From an uncultured Rhodospirillaceae bacterium (GTDB lineage: Bacteria > Pseudomonadota > Alphaproteobacteria > UBA2966): 64,000 nucleotides of DNA. A program made the position numbers and the translations under genes. This document shows positions 50,767-63,018 of the stretch, one piece after another; positions within the stretch are counted from its first letter, which is position 1; the number at the start of each line of letters is the position of its first letter. The notes beneath the pieces were generated by a model that was given only the letters and a program-made list of their open reading frames with translations, ran no database searches and was not told the origin of the DNA. Where the stretch lies: assembly GCA_964528595.1 (NCBI GenBank), contig CAZGTM010000005.1:11499-75498 (forward strand), in the 5' to 3' direction.

Positions 50767-51702
50767 CTATACCCTCTCGATAATCTTTTCGCCGAACAGT
50801 CCCTGCGGCCGGAACAGCAGGAAGACCATGGCGAGCATGTAAGCAAACCAGTTTTCGATGGCGCCGCCGACCAGCGGCCCCCAATAAATCTCGGCGATTT
50901 TCTCGCCGACGCCGATAATCAGGCCGCCGACGATGGCCCCCGGCACCGAGGTAAATCCGCCCAGGATCAGCACGGGCAGCGCCTTCAGGGCGATCAGCGA
51001 CAGGCTGAACTGCACGCCCGACTTGGTGCCCCACATGATGCCGGCGACGAGGCCGACAAAACCGGCGACCGACCAGACGATGATCCAGATGGTCTTGAGC
51101 GGAATACCGACCGACAACGCAGCCTGGTGATCGTCGGCCACGGCGCGCAGCGCCCGGCCGATGGCGGTTTTCTGGAAAAAGATAGCCAGCGCTGCGACCA
51201 GCACGGCGCCGATCCCTGCGGCCCAGATGTCGAACTCGTTCAGCAGCATGCCGCCTAAGTCGAAAGATTCATCGGGAATACCGACGTCAAGGCGGTGAAT
51301 GTCGGAACCCCAAACGGTCTCGCCGAAGCCCTCCAGGAAAAAGGTGATGCCGATGGTCGCCATGAACAGGATAATGTCCGGCTGGTTGACCAACGGTCTG
51401 AGGACCAGACGTTCGATCACCACCGCCACCATCACCATGACGCCGCCGGCAATGATGATGGCCAGCCAGACCGGCACGCCGCGTTCCATCAGGCCGACCA
51501 GCGTCAGGGCCGCGAACAGCACCATGGCGCCCTGGGCAAAGTTGAAGACGCCCGAGGCCTTGAAGATCAGCACGAAACCCAACGCCACCAGCGAATACAT
51601 GACACCCGTCAGCAGCCCGCTGACGATAACCTCGGCGAAAAATATGGGTGAGTCCGCCATGTCCAGGAACGGGCTCACGAAAATGGCCGTTAAGACATCC
51701 AT
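50767..51702 (-). CDS. Liv-type ABC transporter permease (LivH-like)
   Basis: 311-aa membrane protein with the LivH pattern. Confidence 0.85.
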   Translation of the reverse strand: MDVLTAIFVSPFLDMADSPIFFAEVIVSGLLTGVMYSLVALGFVLIFKASGVFNFAQGAMVLFAALTLVGLMERGVPVWLAIIIAGGVMVMVAVVIERLVLRPLVNQPDIILFMATIGITFFLEGFGETVWGSDIHRLDVGIPDESFDLGGMLLNEFDIWAAGIGAVLVAALAIFFQKTAIGRALRAVADDHQAALSVGIPLKTIWIIVWSVAGFVGLVAGIMWGTKSGVQFSLSLIALKALPVLILGGFTSVPGAIVGGLIIGVGEKIAEIYWGPLVGGAIENWFAYMLAMVFLLFRPQGLFGEKIIERV

Positions 51703-51708
51703 TCCGCG

Positions 51709-52503
51709 TTACTCCTCGTGGGCGACGCCGAGATAGGCATCGATAACGTTTTGGTCGCCGCGAACTTCGTCGGGAAGTCCGTCCGCAATTTTTTCACCGT
51801 GGTCGAGCACGACGACGTGGTCCGAAATATCCATCACCACGCCCATGTCGTGCTCGATCAGGGCGATGGTGGTGCCGAACTCGTCGTTGACGTCGAGAAC
51901 GAAGCGGCACATGTCCTCTTTTTCCTCGACGTTCATGCCGGCCATGGGCTCGTCCAGCAGCAGGAGATCGGGCTCGGCCGCCAGGGCGCGGCCCAACTCC
52001 ACGCGTTTTTGCAAACCGTAGGGCAGGCGTCCCACCGGGACCTTGCGGATCGCCTCGATTTCCAGGAAATCGATGATGTTTTCGACGAACTCGCGGTGTT
52101 CCAGCTCTTCCTTCCGCGCCGGTCCAAGATGCAGGGCCTGCAAAAGGAAGTTTGTTTTCATGCGCAGGTTCCGGCCCGTCATGATGTTGTCCAGCGTCGT
52201 CATGCCGCGGAACAGCGCAACGTTCTGGAACGTTCGCGCGATGCCGTTGGCGGCGGCGGCGTGGGGTTTCATCTGGCTGCGCACCTCGCCCTTGAAGGCG
52301 ATGGTGCCTTCCTGGGGATGGTAGAACCCGTTGATGCAGTTCAGCATCGAGGTCTTACCGGCGCCGTTGGGGCCGATGATGGCGCAAATCTCGTGTTCGC
52401 GGATCTCGAAGCTCACCCCGATGATCGCTTTGACGCCGCCGAACGACAAACTGATGTTGTCTATCTTCAGGACGGTATCGCCGATTTTCTTAGGCTCGTT
52501 CAT
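51709..52503 (-). CDS. Liv-type ABC transporter ATP-binding protein (LivG-like)
   Basis: Walker A (GPNGAGKTS), LSYGLQKRVEL and Walker B (LLLDEP). Confidence 0.85.
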   Translation of the reverse strand: MNEPKKIGDTVLKIDNISLSFGGVKAIIGVSFEIREHEICAIIGPNGAGKTSMLNCINGFYHPQEGTIAFKGEVRSQMKPHAAAANGIARTFQNVALFRGMTTLDNIMTGRNLRMKTNFLLQALHLGPARKEELEHREFVENIIDFLEIEAIRKVPVGRLPYGLQKRVELGRALAAEPDLLLLDEPMAGMNVEEKEDMCRFVLDVNDEFGTTIALIEHDMGVVMDISDHVVVLDHGEKIADGLPDEVRGDQNVIDAYLGVAHEE

Positions 52504-52572
52504 ATTGGCATCGTCACTCGGAAACTAAGGAAAATGGTGGGGTGAAAGGATTTTGTCCGCCGCAGGCAGGCC

Positions 52573-54537
52573 TCAGCCTGTCTTTTGCAGCGTCTGGTAG
52601 GTCTCGGCGTCGCGGATCTTGAGGTTCGCCTTGATGACGCCCTCGCGGCCGTTCTCGAAGGTAACCTGGGCTTCGACCTTGATCTCCTGTTTGTCGGAAT
52701 AAAGCGCGTCAACCAGTTCCTGGAAGCGGTCGAAAATGATGCGGCGGCGAACCTTGCCCGTGCGGGTCAGTTCGCCGTCGTCGGCGTCCAGCATCTTATG
52801 CAGGATCATGAAGCGCTTGATCTGGGACCCCGCCAGTTTGGGATCTTCCGCCAGACTCCGGTTGACATACTCAATGTGACTTTGAACCGTGGCGTAAACC
52901 TCGTCCAGGGCGGCCAAATCGGTATAGCTGGTGTAGTTGAGGTTGTTGCGTTCCGCCCAGTTGCCGACCGATTCGAGGTCAATGTTGATGAAGGCGGCGG
53001 CGTAATCGCGCTCATCGCCGAAGCAAACGGCCTCGCGGATGTCGGGGAAGAACTTCAGTTTGTTCTCCAGGAACTTGGGCGCGAACATGGTGCCGTCATT
53101 GAATTTGCCGACGTCCTTGGCGCGGTCGATGATGCGGATGTGGCCGCGTTCGTCGATGTAGCCGGCATCGCCGGTGTGGACCCAGCCGTCGTCGGTTTTG
53201 GTTTCCTTGGTGGCTTCGTCGTTCTTGTAATAGCCGACGAAGACGCCGGGGCTGCGGTACATTACTTCGCCGGTGTCCTCGGCGATGCGGATTTCGCACT
53301 CAGGTGCCGGGATGCCGACGGTCTCTGAAGATACCTCGTCGTCGGGCTGGATGGTGACGTAGACGCTGCCTTCGGTCTGACCGAACAGTTGTTTCAGGTT
53401 GACGCCGATGGAACGGTAAAACTCGAAGACTTCCGGCCCGATGGCCTCGCCGCCGGTATAGGCGATGCGGATGTTGTTGAAGCCCAGTGAATCGCGCAGC
53501 GGTCCGTAAACCAGATATTTTCCGAGACCGTAGAGCATGCGTTCGCCGAAACTCGTCTCGCGGCCTTCCAGCAGGCGGATGCCGATATGTTTGGCGACAT
53601 CGAGGAAGTAGTGAAAGAGTTTCCGCTTGATCCAGCTGGCATCCTCCATGCGCACCATGACCTGGGTGATGATGCCTTCGAAGACGCGCGGCGGGGCAAA
53701 GAAGGAGGTCGGTCCCAGTTCGCGCAAGTCGATCATGACGGTGTCTGAGCTTTCCGGGCAATTGACGGTGTAGCCCGCCACCATCGCCTGTGCGTAGGAA
53801 ATCAAATGGTCTCCGACCCAGGCCATGGGCAGGTAGGCAATGACGTTGTCGGTATCCCGGAAGCGCTCGCGGGCGTTGGCGTTGCGCGCCGTCACGATGC
53901 AGTTGTCGTAAGAAAGCATGACGCCCTTGGGACGGCCCGTGGTGCCCGACGTATAGAGGATGACCGCGACGTCCGCGCCTTCGCCCTGGGCAACTTCGTC
54001 GGCGTAAAAGTCGGGATTGTCGGCGTCGAAGCGGCGGCCGCGCTCCTGGATTTCGGTAAAGGCGAAGACGTCGGCCTGGCGGTAGTGCCGCATGCCGCGG
54101 GGATCTTTGTAGATGACGGTGTCAAGCTTAGGGCAGCGCTCGCGGATCGACAGCACCTTATCGGTCTGTTCCTGGTCCTCGACCACGGCGAAGCGGACTT
54201 CGGAGTGTTCGAGGACGTATTGCATCTCCTCGGCCACCGCGTCCTGATAGAGCGGCACCGGCACGCCGCCCAGCGCCTGGATGGCGGTCATCGCCATGTA
54301 GAGTTCGGGCCGGTTGTCGCCGACTATCGCCACCTTGTCGCCGCGCACCATGCCGTGGCTGGCCAGCCCGCAGGCCAGTGAACGTACCGTGTCCTGCGTT
54401 TTTTCCCAGGTCCAGGTCAGCCAGATGCCGAGATCCTTCTCGCGCATGGCGACCCGCTCGGCTCGGTTTTGAGCGTGATCCAGCAGCAATTTCGGAAAGG
54501 TGTCGAGGCGGGTCAACGAATCCTGGGTTTTGCTCAT
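52573..54537 (-). CDS. AMP-dependent synthetase/ligase (long-chain-fatty-acid-CoA ligase-like), first gene of the transporter operon
   Basis: AMP-binding motif (YTSGTTGRPKGVM) and TGDAGYID...GRIKD. The preferred ATG at 54537 has a GGAG SD 7 nt upstream; the longest ORF begins with TTG at 54576. Confidence 0.85.
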   Translation of the reverse strand: MSKTQDSLTRLDTFPKLLLDHAQNRAERVAMREKDLGIWLTWTWEKTQDTVRSLACGLASHGMVRGDKVAIVGDNRPELYMAMTAIQALGGVPVPLYQDAVAEEMQYVLEHSEVRFAVVEDQEQTDKVLSIRERCPKLDTVIYKDPRGMRHYRQADVFAFTEIQERGRRFDADNPDFYADEVAQGEGADVAVILYTSGTTGRPKGVMLSYDNCIVTARNANARERFRDTDNVIAYLPMAWVGDHLISYAQAMVAGYTVNCPESSDTVMIDLRELGPTSFFAPPRVFEGIITQVMVRMEDASWIKRKLFHYFLDVAKHIGIRLLEGRETSFGERMLYGLGKYLVYGPLRDSLGFNNIRIAYTGGEAIGPEVFEFYRSIGVNLKQLFGQTEGSVYVTIQPDDEVSSETVGIPAPECEIRIAEDTGEVMYRSPGVFVGYYKNDEATKETKTDDGWVHTGDAGYIDERGHIRIIDRAKDVGKFNDGTMFAPKFLENKLKFFPDIREAVCFGDERDYAAAFINIDLESVGNWAERNNLNYTSYTDLAALDEVYATVQSHIEYVNRSLAEDPKLAGSQIKRFMILHKMLDADDGELTRTGKVRRRIIFDRFQELVDALYSDKQEIKVEAQVTFENGREGVIKANLKIRDAETYQTLQKTG

Positions 54538-54834
54538 GGCCGAACTCCGGTCTTGGTTTGTATTGCGGGGAGGCAACGCACAAGGGCGTCAGACACGGCA
54601 AGCCGTTGGCCGGTGGCGGGGCCACCTAAGCCGGTTCTGTCGGACACGACGAAAAACTGGTGCGGACAGTGGTGTCTAGTCACGCTTCCCTGCATTCTCC
54701 CTGAACGACCGGTTGGTCCGGCTCTTGTTCTGGTGGTTGACTATCAACCCAAGTTACCCCAAAGCGGGGGGCAAATTGGGCTCGCCACAATACCAATATT
54801 GTTTGGCGGCGCAACACCCGCGATTCAATTCACG

Positions 54835-54850
54835 AATAGAGCGGTCTATT
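54835..54850. promoter_or_regulatory. Palindrome AATAGAgcggTCTATT containing the CGAATAG motif, upstream of the ligase/ABC operon
   Basis: Read directly. It overlaps the stop codon of the enoyl-CoA hydratase gene. The same CGAATAG heptamer occurs three times upstream of the other liv-type operon. Confidence 0.4.
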
Positions 54851-55640
54851 TGGTGATTTCCCTCGGCGCCTTGCCGCCGTGGCGGCCGGCTCCTTCCGCG
54901 AACCTTTTTGCCCCGCCGACCGCTTCGTTCTCGAGAGCCGCCCGCCCGAATTCAAATTCACGCAGCATGGCGTCTTCCAGCGACCGGCCCTGTTGCTCAT
55001 AGGCCGAGGCCCGGTCGGAGCGCATGCAGATTTGCGGCAGGGTGCAAAGCTCGGCGCCCAGGTCTTCGGCCGCGGCGCGGGCCTGGCCGGACGGCACGAC
55101 ACGGTTGACCAAGCCCATGGCCAGGGCCTCGGCGGCATCAACGCCCCGGCCGGTCAGGATTAGGTCCAGTGCGCGGCCCATGCCGACGATGCGGGGCAGG
55201 CGCACCGTGCCGCCGTCGATCAGAGGCACGCCCCAGCGCCGGCAATAGACGCCGAGGACGGCGTCTTCCTCGGCCACGCGCATATCGCACCAAAGCGCCA
55301 ATTCCAGCCCGCCCGCGACGGCGTGGCCGGCAATGGCGCCGATCACCGGTTTGGAAAGCTGCAGGCGGGAGATGCCCATGGGCCCGTCACCGTCCGACTC
55401 GAGCCGGTTGGTGCGCGCGCCGTCCGCTCCTTCCGCCACCGCCTTGAGGTCGGCGCCGGCGCAGAACCCACCGTGATCGCCCCACAACACGCCGACGCGG
55501 GCATTGTCATCGGCCTCGAATTCCCGGAAGGCGGCGGCCAGGGCCTCGGCGGTCGGGCGGTCGACGGCATTCCTCACCTCCGGCCGGTCGATGATCACCG
55601 TGGTGACCTGTCCGTTCTTTTCGACCCTGACGTTCATCAT
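54846..55640 (-). CDS. Enoyl-CoA hydratase/isomerase (crotonase family)
   Basis: MMNVRVEKNGQVTTVIIDRPEVRNAV, FCAGADLK and GHAVAGGLELALWCD are hallmarks of the crotonase fold. The rest of the 892-aa track ORF is an antisense artefact of the opposing ThDP gene. Confidence 0.85.
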   Translation of the reverse strand: MMNVRVEKNGQVTTVIIDRPEVRNAVDRPTAEALAAAFREFEADDNARVGVLWGDHGGFCAGADLKAVAEGADGARTNRLESDGDGPMGISRLQLSKPVIGAIAGHAVAGGLELALWCDMRVAEEDAVLGVYCRRWGVPLIDGGTVRLPRIVGMGRALDLILTGRGVDAAEALAMGLVNRVVPSGQARAAAEDLGAELCTLPQICMRSDRASAYEQQGRSLEDAMLREFEFGRAALENEAVGGAKRFAEGAGRHGGKAPREITK

Positions 55641-55739
55641 TTGCTCCCATGTTGGCAGTTCGCGCGAATTGCGCAGAATGTTGAGGGCTATATTGTGAAC
55701 AGCGACGCCAACGATCAACTCCGGAAACGGGACGCCCGC

Positions 55740-57443
55740 ATGACAGACGCTCCTTCGAACAGTTTGAACGGCGCCGAAGCCATGGTCCGCATGCTGCAGG
55801 CCCACGGCGTGAAGCATGTCTTCGGACTTTGCGGCGATACCTCGTTGCCGTTTTATGATGCGCTTTACCGATTGGACCACGGCATCGAGCATATCTTGAC
55901 GCGGGACGAACGCTCGGCGGCTTACATGGCGGACGCCTACGCCCGGGTAACGGGGCGCGTCGGCGTCTGCGAAGGACCCAGCGGCGGCGGCGCCACCCAC
56001 ATCCTGCCCGGCGTGGTCGAAGCCAACGACTCCTCGATCCCCGTGCTGTCGATCACTTCGGATGTGTCGGTGACGGCGCGGGGGCGCTACCCGCTCACCG
56101 AACTCGCACAGGACGAATTGTTCCGCCCCCTGACCAAGTGGAACGGCGTGATCGACCAGGCGGCCCGCCTGCCGGGCATGGTGCGGACGGCCTTTCGGGC
56201 GATGACGACGGGGCGTCCCGGCGCCGCCCACCTCGGCCTGCCGTTCGACGTGCAAAACGCGCCCGTCGACGCGGACGACATTTGGGCCCAAGCCGAGCTC
56301 GGCGCCTACCCCGCTTGGCCCGCCGAGCCCGACCCGGGCGCCATCGAGGCGGCGCTGGCGGCGATCCTGGCGGCAAGCCATCCCGTCGTGATCTGCGGCG
56401 GCGGGCTGGTGGCGGCGGGCGGGATGCGCGAACTCCAAACCTTTGCCGAACGGCTCGATATCGCCGTCGCCACCACGGTCAGCGGGCAAGGCTGCCTGGC
56501 CGACGATCATGCCAACAACCTGGGCGTCGTCGGCAGCAACGGGGGCGTGCCGGCGACACGGGCGCTGGTGGACGCCGCCGACCTCGTGATTTTCGTCGGC
56601 TGCCGCGCCGGCTCCGTCACCACGGAACGCTGGTGCTCGCCGAAACCCGGCATCAAGGTGGTCCATGTCGATTGCGATGCCATGGCCATTTCGGCCAACT
56701 ACCTGACCGACGTCGCCGTGGTCTCGGATGCCCGCCGGGCCTTCGCGGCATTCAACCGGGCACTCGACGAGACTGGCGGGAGCCAGACCGGTTTCGGGGG
56801 AAGCGCCGTTGTTGCCGCCGCCAAGGCCGAAAAGTTTGCCGCCTTCGATGCGCTCGCCGCCTCTCCGGAGGCGCCGATCAAGCCTGAACGCGTGATCGCG
56901 GACCTCAACGCCGTGCTGCCGGACGACGCCGTCGTGGTGGCCGATCCCGGCACGCCGTGTCCCTACGTTTCGGCCTTTTACCGCTTTCCCCGCGCGGGCC
57001 GGTATTTTATCTCCAACCGCGCTCACGGCGCGCTGGGCTACTCGCTCTCCGCCGCCGTCGGCGCCCGCATCGGCCGGCCCACGTCCAAGGTGGTGTCGCT
57101 GATGGGCGACGGCAGTTTCGGCTTCACAGTGGGCGAGCTTGAAACCGTCGTCCGGCTCAAGCTGCCGATCACCTTCGTGGTCTTTTCCAACGCCGTCTTC
57201 GGCTGGATCAAGGCCGGCCAAAAAGTCGCTTATCAGGAGCGCTATTTTTCGGTGGATTTTTCGCGCACCGACCACGCCGCCGTGGCCGCCGCCTACGGTC
57301 TGAAGACGGCGCGCGTTGAGGATCCAGAGCAATTGCGCCGGGCCCTTGGTGATGCGGTGGCATACGGCGGCCCGTCGCTGGTCGATGTCATTTGCCAACC
57401 CCTGCAGGATGCCCAAGCGCCGGTCAGCGAGTGGATTGCCTGA
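55740..57443 (+). CDS. Thiamine diphosphate-dependent enzyme (acetolactate synthase large subunit / benzoylformate decarboxylase superfamily)
   Basis: The N-terminal ThDP Pyr domain (HVFGLCGDTSLPFYDAL), a central domain, and a C-terminal GDGSFGF...N ThDP-binding motif. ATG at 55740. Confidence 0.85.
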   Translation: MTDAPSNSLNGAEAMVRMLQAHGVKHVFGLCGDTSLPFYDALYRLDHGIEHILTRDERSAAYMADAYARVTGRVGVCEGPSGGGATHILPGVVEANDSSIPVLSITSDVSVTARGRYPLTELAQDELFRPLTKWNGVIDQAARLPGMVRTAFRAMTTGRPGAAHLGLPFDVQNAPVDADDIWAQAELGAYPAWPAEPDPGAIEAALAAILAASHPVVICGGGLVAAGGMRELQTFAERLDIAVATTVSGQGCLADDHANNLGVVGSNGGVPATRALVDAADLVIFVGCRAGSVTTERWCSPKPGIKVVHVDCDAMAISANYLTDVAVVSDARRAFAAFNRALDETGGSQTGFGGSAVVAAAKAEKFAAFDALAASPEAPIKPERVIADLNAVLPDDAVVVADPGTPCPYVSAFYRFPRAGRYFISNRAHGALGYSLSAAVGARIGRPTSKVVSLMGDGSFGFTVGELETVVRLKLPITFVVFSNAVFGWIKAGQKVAYQERYFSVDFSRTDHAAVAAAYGLKTARVEDPEQLRRALGDAVAYGGPSLVDVICQPLQDAQAPVSEWIA

Positions 57444-57450
57444 GGCTTTC

Positions 57451-58431
57451 ATGTCCCGCACAGCCGAAATCCCCATCATCGATGTTTCGCCCCTGCGACA
57501 TGGAGCGGCGTCGGAGATAGACACGCTGGTGCGGGAATTCGCCGCGGCGTATGGCGATGTGGGTTTCGGTTACATCGTCAATCACGGTATCGACGAGAGC
57601 TTGATCGCGTCCGTGTTCCAGGCCTCGGCCCGGTTTCACGCGCTGCCGCTTGAAGCCAAGATGGCGGTCGAACTGAACCGGCTACATCGCGGCTATATTC
57701 CCATCGATACGTCCACCGACGTCAATTCGAAACTGGCGGAGGTGAGCAAGCCGAACCAGTCCCAGTCGTACATGATGATGCGAGAGGACGAGCCCGGCAG
57801 CCCCGACGTCTTGAACGGCGCCTACCTGGCCGGCCCAAACCAATGGCCGGCGCTGGCCGGGTTCAGGGCAGAGGTAACCGCCTATAACGACGCCATGTGC
57901 GGGTTGGGCCAGGGTCTGATGAAGGTTGCCGCATTGGCGATCGGCGCCGATCCGGCGGAACTTCTCGGGGCTTTCGAAACGCCCACCACGTGGCTGCGTT
58001 TGCTCCATTATCCGCCCCGGCCGCCGGCCAGTGCCGATGATCTATACGGCTCGGCGCCCCACACGGATTTCGGTTGTCTCACCATATTGGCTCAGGACGA
58101 CGTCGGCGGCCTGCAGGTCATGACGCCGTCGGGCGACTGGATCGACGCGCCGGTGATACCCGGATCGTTCGTCGTCAACGTGGGAGACATGCTGCACCGC
58201 TGGAGTAACGGCCGGCTCAAGTCGACGCCTCACCGGGTCATCAACCGGTCGGGCCGGGAGCGCTATTCCTGCCCCTTCTTCTACGACCCTCATGTCGATA
58301 CGGAAATCGCGCCTCTCGCCGCGTGCATATCGGCGGACCGGCCTGCTCGGTACGAACCCCTGATATTCGGCGATTTCCTCCGGGCCGAGCTTGAAGCCGG
58401 CTACGACAAACACAAGGAAACCGCGCCGTAG
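57451..58431 (+). CDS. 2-oxoglutarate/Fe(II)-dependent oxygenase (isopenicillin N synthase-like family)
   Basis: His-x-Asp...His facial triad ([10 protein letters not shown] ... STPHRV) and the RxS 2OG-binding motif (RYSCPFF). ATG at 57451, 8 nt after the ThDP gene stop. Confidence 0.8.
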   Translation: MSRTAEIPIIDVSPLRHGAASEIDTLVREFAAAYGDVGFGYIVNHGIDESLIASVFQASARFHALPLEAKMAVELNRLHRGYIPIDTSTDVNSKLAEVSKPNQSQSYMMMREDEPGSPDVLNGAYLAGPNQWPALAGFRAEVTAYNDAMCGLGQGLMKVAALAIGADPAELLGAFETPTTWLRLLHYPPRPPASADDLYGSAPHTDFGCLTILAQDDVGGLQVMTPSGDWIDAPVIPGSFVVNVGDMLHRWSNGRLKSTPHRVINRSGRERYSCPFFYDPHVDTEIAPLAACISADRPARYEPLIFGDFLRAELEAGYDKHKETAP

Positions 58432-58549
58432 GCGGCAAACACTTGCAGGCGGCGGACGATGGTTCTACAACGCCCTTGAAAACCAAATCTTCAGATCGCG
58501 AGTGCGCCTCCCCCGAACCGGCGCACCGCCATTCCCAAGGAGAGATAAC

Positions 58550-61234
<2,685 letters not shown>

Positions 61235-61352
61235 ATCGCCGGTACTGACGGTTCTGCTGCCGGCGGAGGAAGTGCTCACTCCATCGTGATTCGCAGGTGT
61301 CCGGGCCGGGGCTTATGAATGACCGGGTTGATCGTCGTTTCGGGGACAGAAG

Positions 61353-62126
61353 ATGCGAATTCGACAAAAAGACGGAATGTTCGTCCGGCCTATCCATGAG
61401 CTGATCGACGCGGTCCGGACCGGTCTGCTTGCCGCCGGCCTGTTCGCGCTGACGGCCTCGGCCGTATCGGCCGGCGAAAATACCAAGAACGTCGTCCTCG
61501 AACTTTTCACCAGCCAGGGCTGCTCGTCATGCCCGGCGGCGGATTCCCTGCTGGGTGAATTCGCCAAACGCGACAACGTCATCGCTCTGAGTTTTCATGT
61601 CGATTACTGGGACTACATCGGCTGGAAGGACACCTTCGCCTCCAAGGAAACGACGGACCGGCAGAAAGCTTACGGCCGCGCGCTGAACCAGAAATACGTC
61701 TATACGCCCGAGATCGTCGTCGGCGGCGCGCGGCACATGACGGGATCGGACAGCCGTGGCATCGAACGCGCCATCAAGGCGGCGCTGGCCGGGCAACCCG
61801 ATGCGGCGCAGATCGAAATCGCCAAGACCGGCGGCGAACTGGAAGTCCGCCTGGCGCCGGGGCCGATCAAGGGCGCCGACGTTTGGCTGTTTGACATCGA
61901 CCGGAAACACACCGTGGCCGTCGAACGCGGCGAAAACACGGGACGCAAGTTGAGCTACCACCACGTGGTCCGGCGCATCGAGCATCTCGGGCGCTGCTCC
62001 GGCCAAGCGGAAGCGTTCAAGCTGGACGCCGCCCGCGCGCAAAAGGCCGGCCGGGACGGTTTGGTCGTCGTCGTCCAGCCGCCGGGCCAAGGGCCGGTGC
62101 TGGGGGCCGCCAAGGTCTGGTTCTGA
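61353..62126 (+). CDS. DUF1223 family secreted protein (thioredoxin-like, CxxC)
   Basis: Signal peptide, then ELFTSQGCSSCPAAD, characteristic of DUF1223. Confidence 0.75.
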   Translation: MRIRQKDGMFVRPIHELIDAVRTGLLAAGLFALTASAVSAGENTKNVVLELFTSQGCSSCPAADSLLGEFAKRDNVIALSFHVDYWDYIGWKDTFASKETTDRQKAYGRALNQKYVYTPEIVVGGARHMTGSDSRGIERAIKAALAGQPDAAQIEIAKTGGELEVRLAPGPIKGADVWLFDIDRKHTVAVERGENTGRKLSYHHVVRRIEHLGRCSGQAEAFKLDAARAQKAGRDGLVVVVQPPGQGPVLGAAKVWF

Positions 62127-62215
62127 CGCCAACGCCCATTCCCGTTTGACTTATCGGCGTGGTCGGGTTCAATACGGGGCCCCTCCACCCTTCCACCATC
62201 CACGGAAATTGACGA

Positions 62216-62881
62216 ATGGAACTCGAACAAGCGATAGCCGGTCGGCGTTCGGTCCGGGCCTTTTTGCCCCAACCGGTGCCGCAGTCGACGGTCGCCAGGA
62301 TTCTCGAAATCGCCTCCCGCGCGCCCTCGGGCACCAACATCCAGCCCTGGAAGGTTCACGTCCTTGCCGGCGAACGGCGGGCGGCGCTGAGCCAGGCGAT
62401 CCTGGATGTGCGGGAGGCTGAGGGGCCGGGCTACAAAGGCCGCGGCACCGCCCGCAAGTGGGAAGAGCCCTACATTTCCCGCCGGCGCAAGATCGGCTGG
62501 GATTTATACGGCCTGTTGGGCATCGAGCGCGGAGACAAGCCGGCCATGTGGCGGCAGCACGGGCGCAACTACGAGTTTTTCGGCGCCCCGGTCGGCCTGA
62601 TGTTCGTGATCGAACGCGATTTTCATGCCGCCAGCTGGCTCGATCTCGGCATGTTCATGCAGAACGTCATGCTGGCCGCTCGTCAGGAAGGGTTGGACAC
62701 TTGCCCCCAGGGCGCTTTCCTGCACTACGAGGACGTCGTCTCTGAATTCCTCGGTTTGCCCGAAACCGACGCATTGGCGTCGGGCATGTCGCTGGGTTTC
62801 GCCGACAATGACGCCCCCGAGAACGCCCTCACCACGGAACGCGAAACGGTTGAGGATTTCGCTTCGTTCAGCGGGTTTTAG
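62216..62881 (+). CDS. Nitroreductase family protein (FMN-dependent)
   Basis: RRSVRAF..PV, SRAPSGTNIQPW, 221 aa. Confidence 0.85.
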   Translation: MELEQAIAGRRSVRAFLPQPVPQSTVARILEIASRAPSGTNIQPWKVHVLAGERRAALSQAILDVREAEGPGYKGRGTARKWEEPYISRRRKIGWDLYGLLGIERGDKPAMWRQHGRNYEFFGAPVGLMFVIERDFHAASWLDLGMFMQNVMLAARQEGLDTCPQGAFLHYEDVVSEFLGLPETDALASGMSLGFADNDAPENALTTERETVEDFASFSGF

Positions 62882-62904
62882 ACGGGGCGAGACAAACCGT
62901 CGTC

Positions 62905-62938
62905 ATTCCGGCGAATGCCGGAATCCAGGTATTTTTTT
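62905..62938 (+). terminator. Rho-independent terminator downstream of the nitroreductase gene
   Basis: ATTCCGGC-gaat-GCCGGAAT hairpin followed by CCAGGTATTTTTTTG. Confidence 0.7.
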
Positions 62939-62954
62939 GTTTTCCTCTTAAGGC

Positions 62955-62991
62955 GGAAAAAAACAAACTGGACCCCGGATCAAGTCCGGGG
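62955..62991 (-). terminator. Rho-independent terminator downstream of htpG (minus strand)
   Basis: On the minus strand a CCCCGGAC-ttga-TCCGGGG hairpin is followed by TCCAGTTTGTTTTTTT. Confidence 0.7.
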
Positions 62992-63018
62992 TGACGAAGA
63001 AAGAAGGGGTGATCTCGC

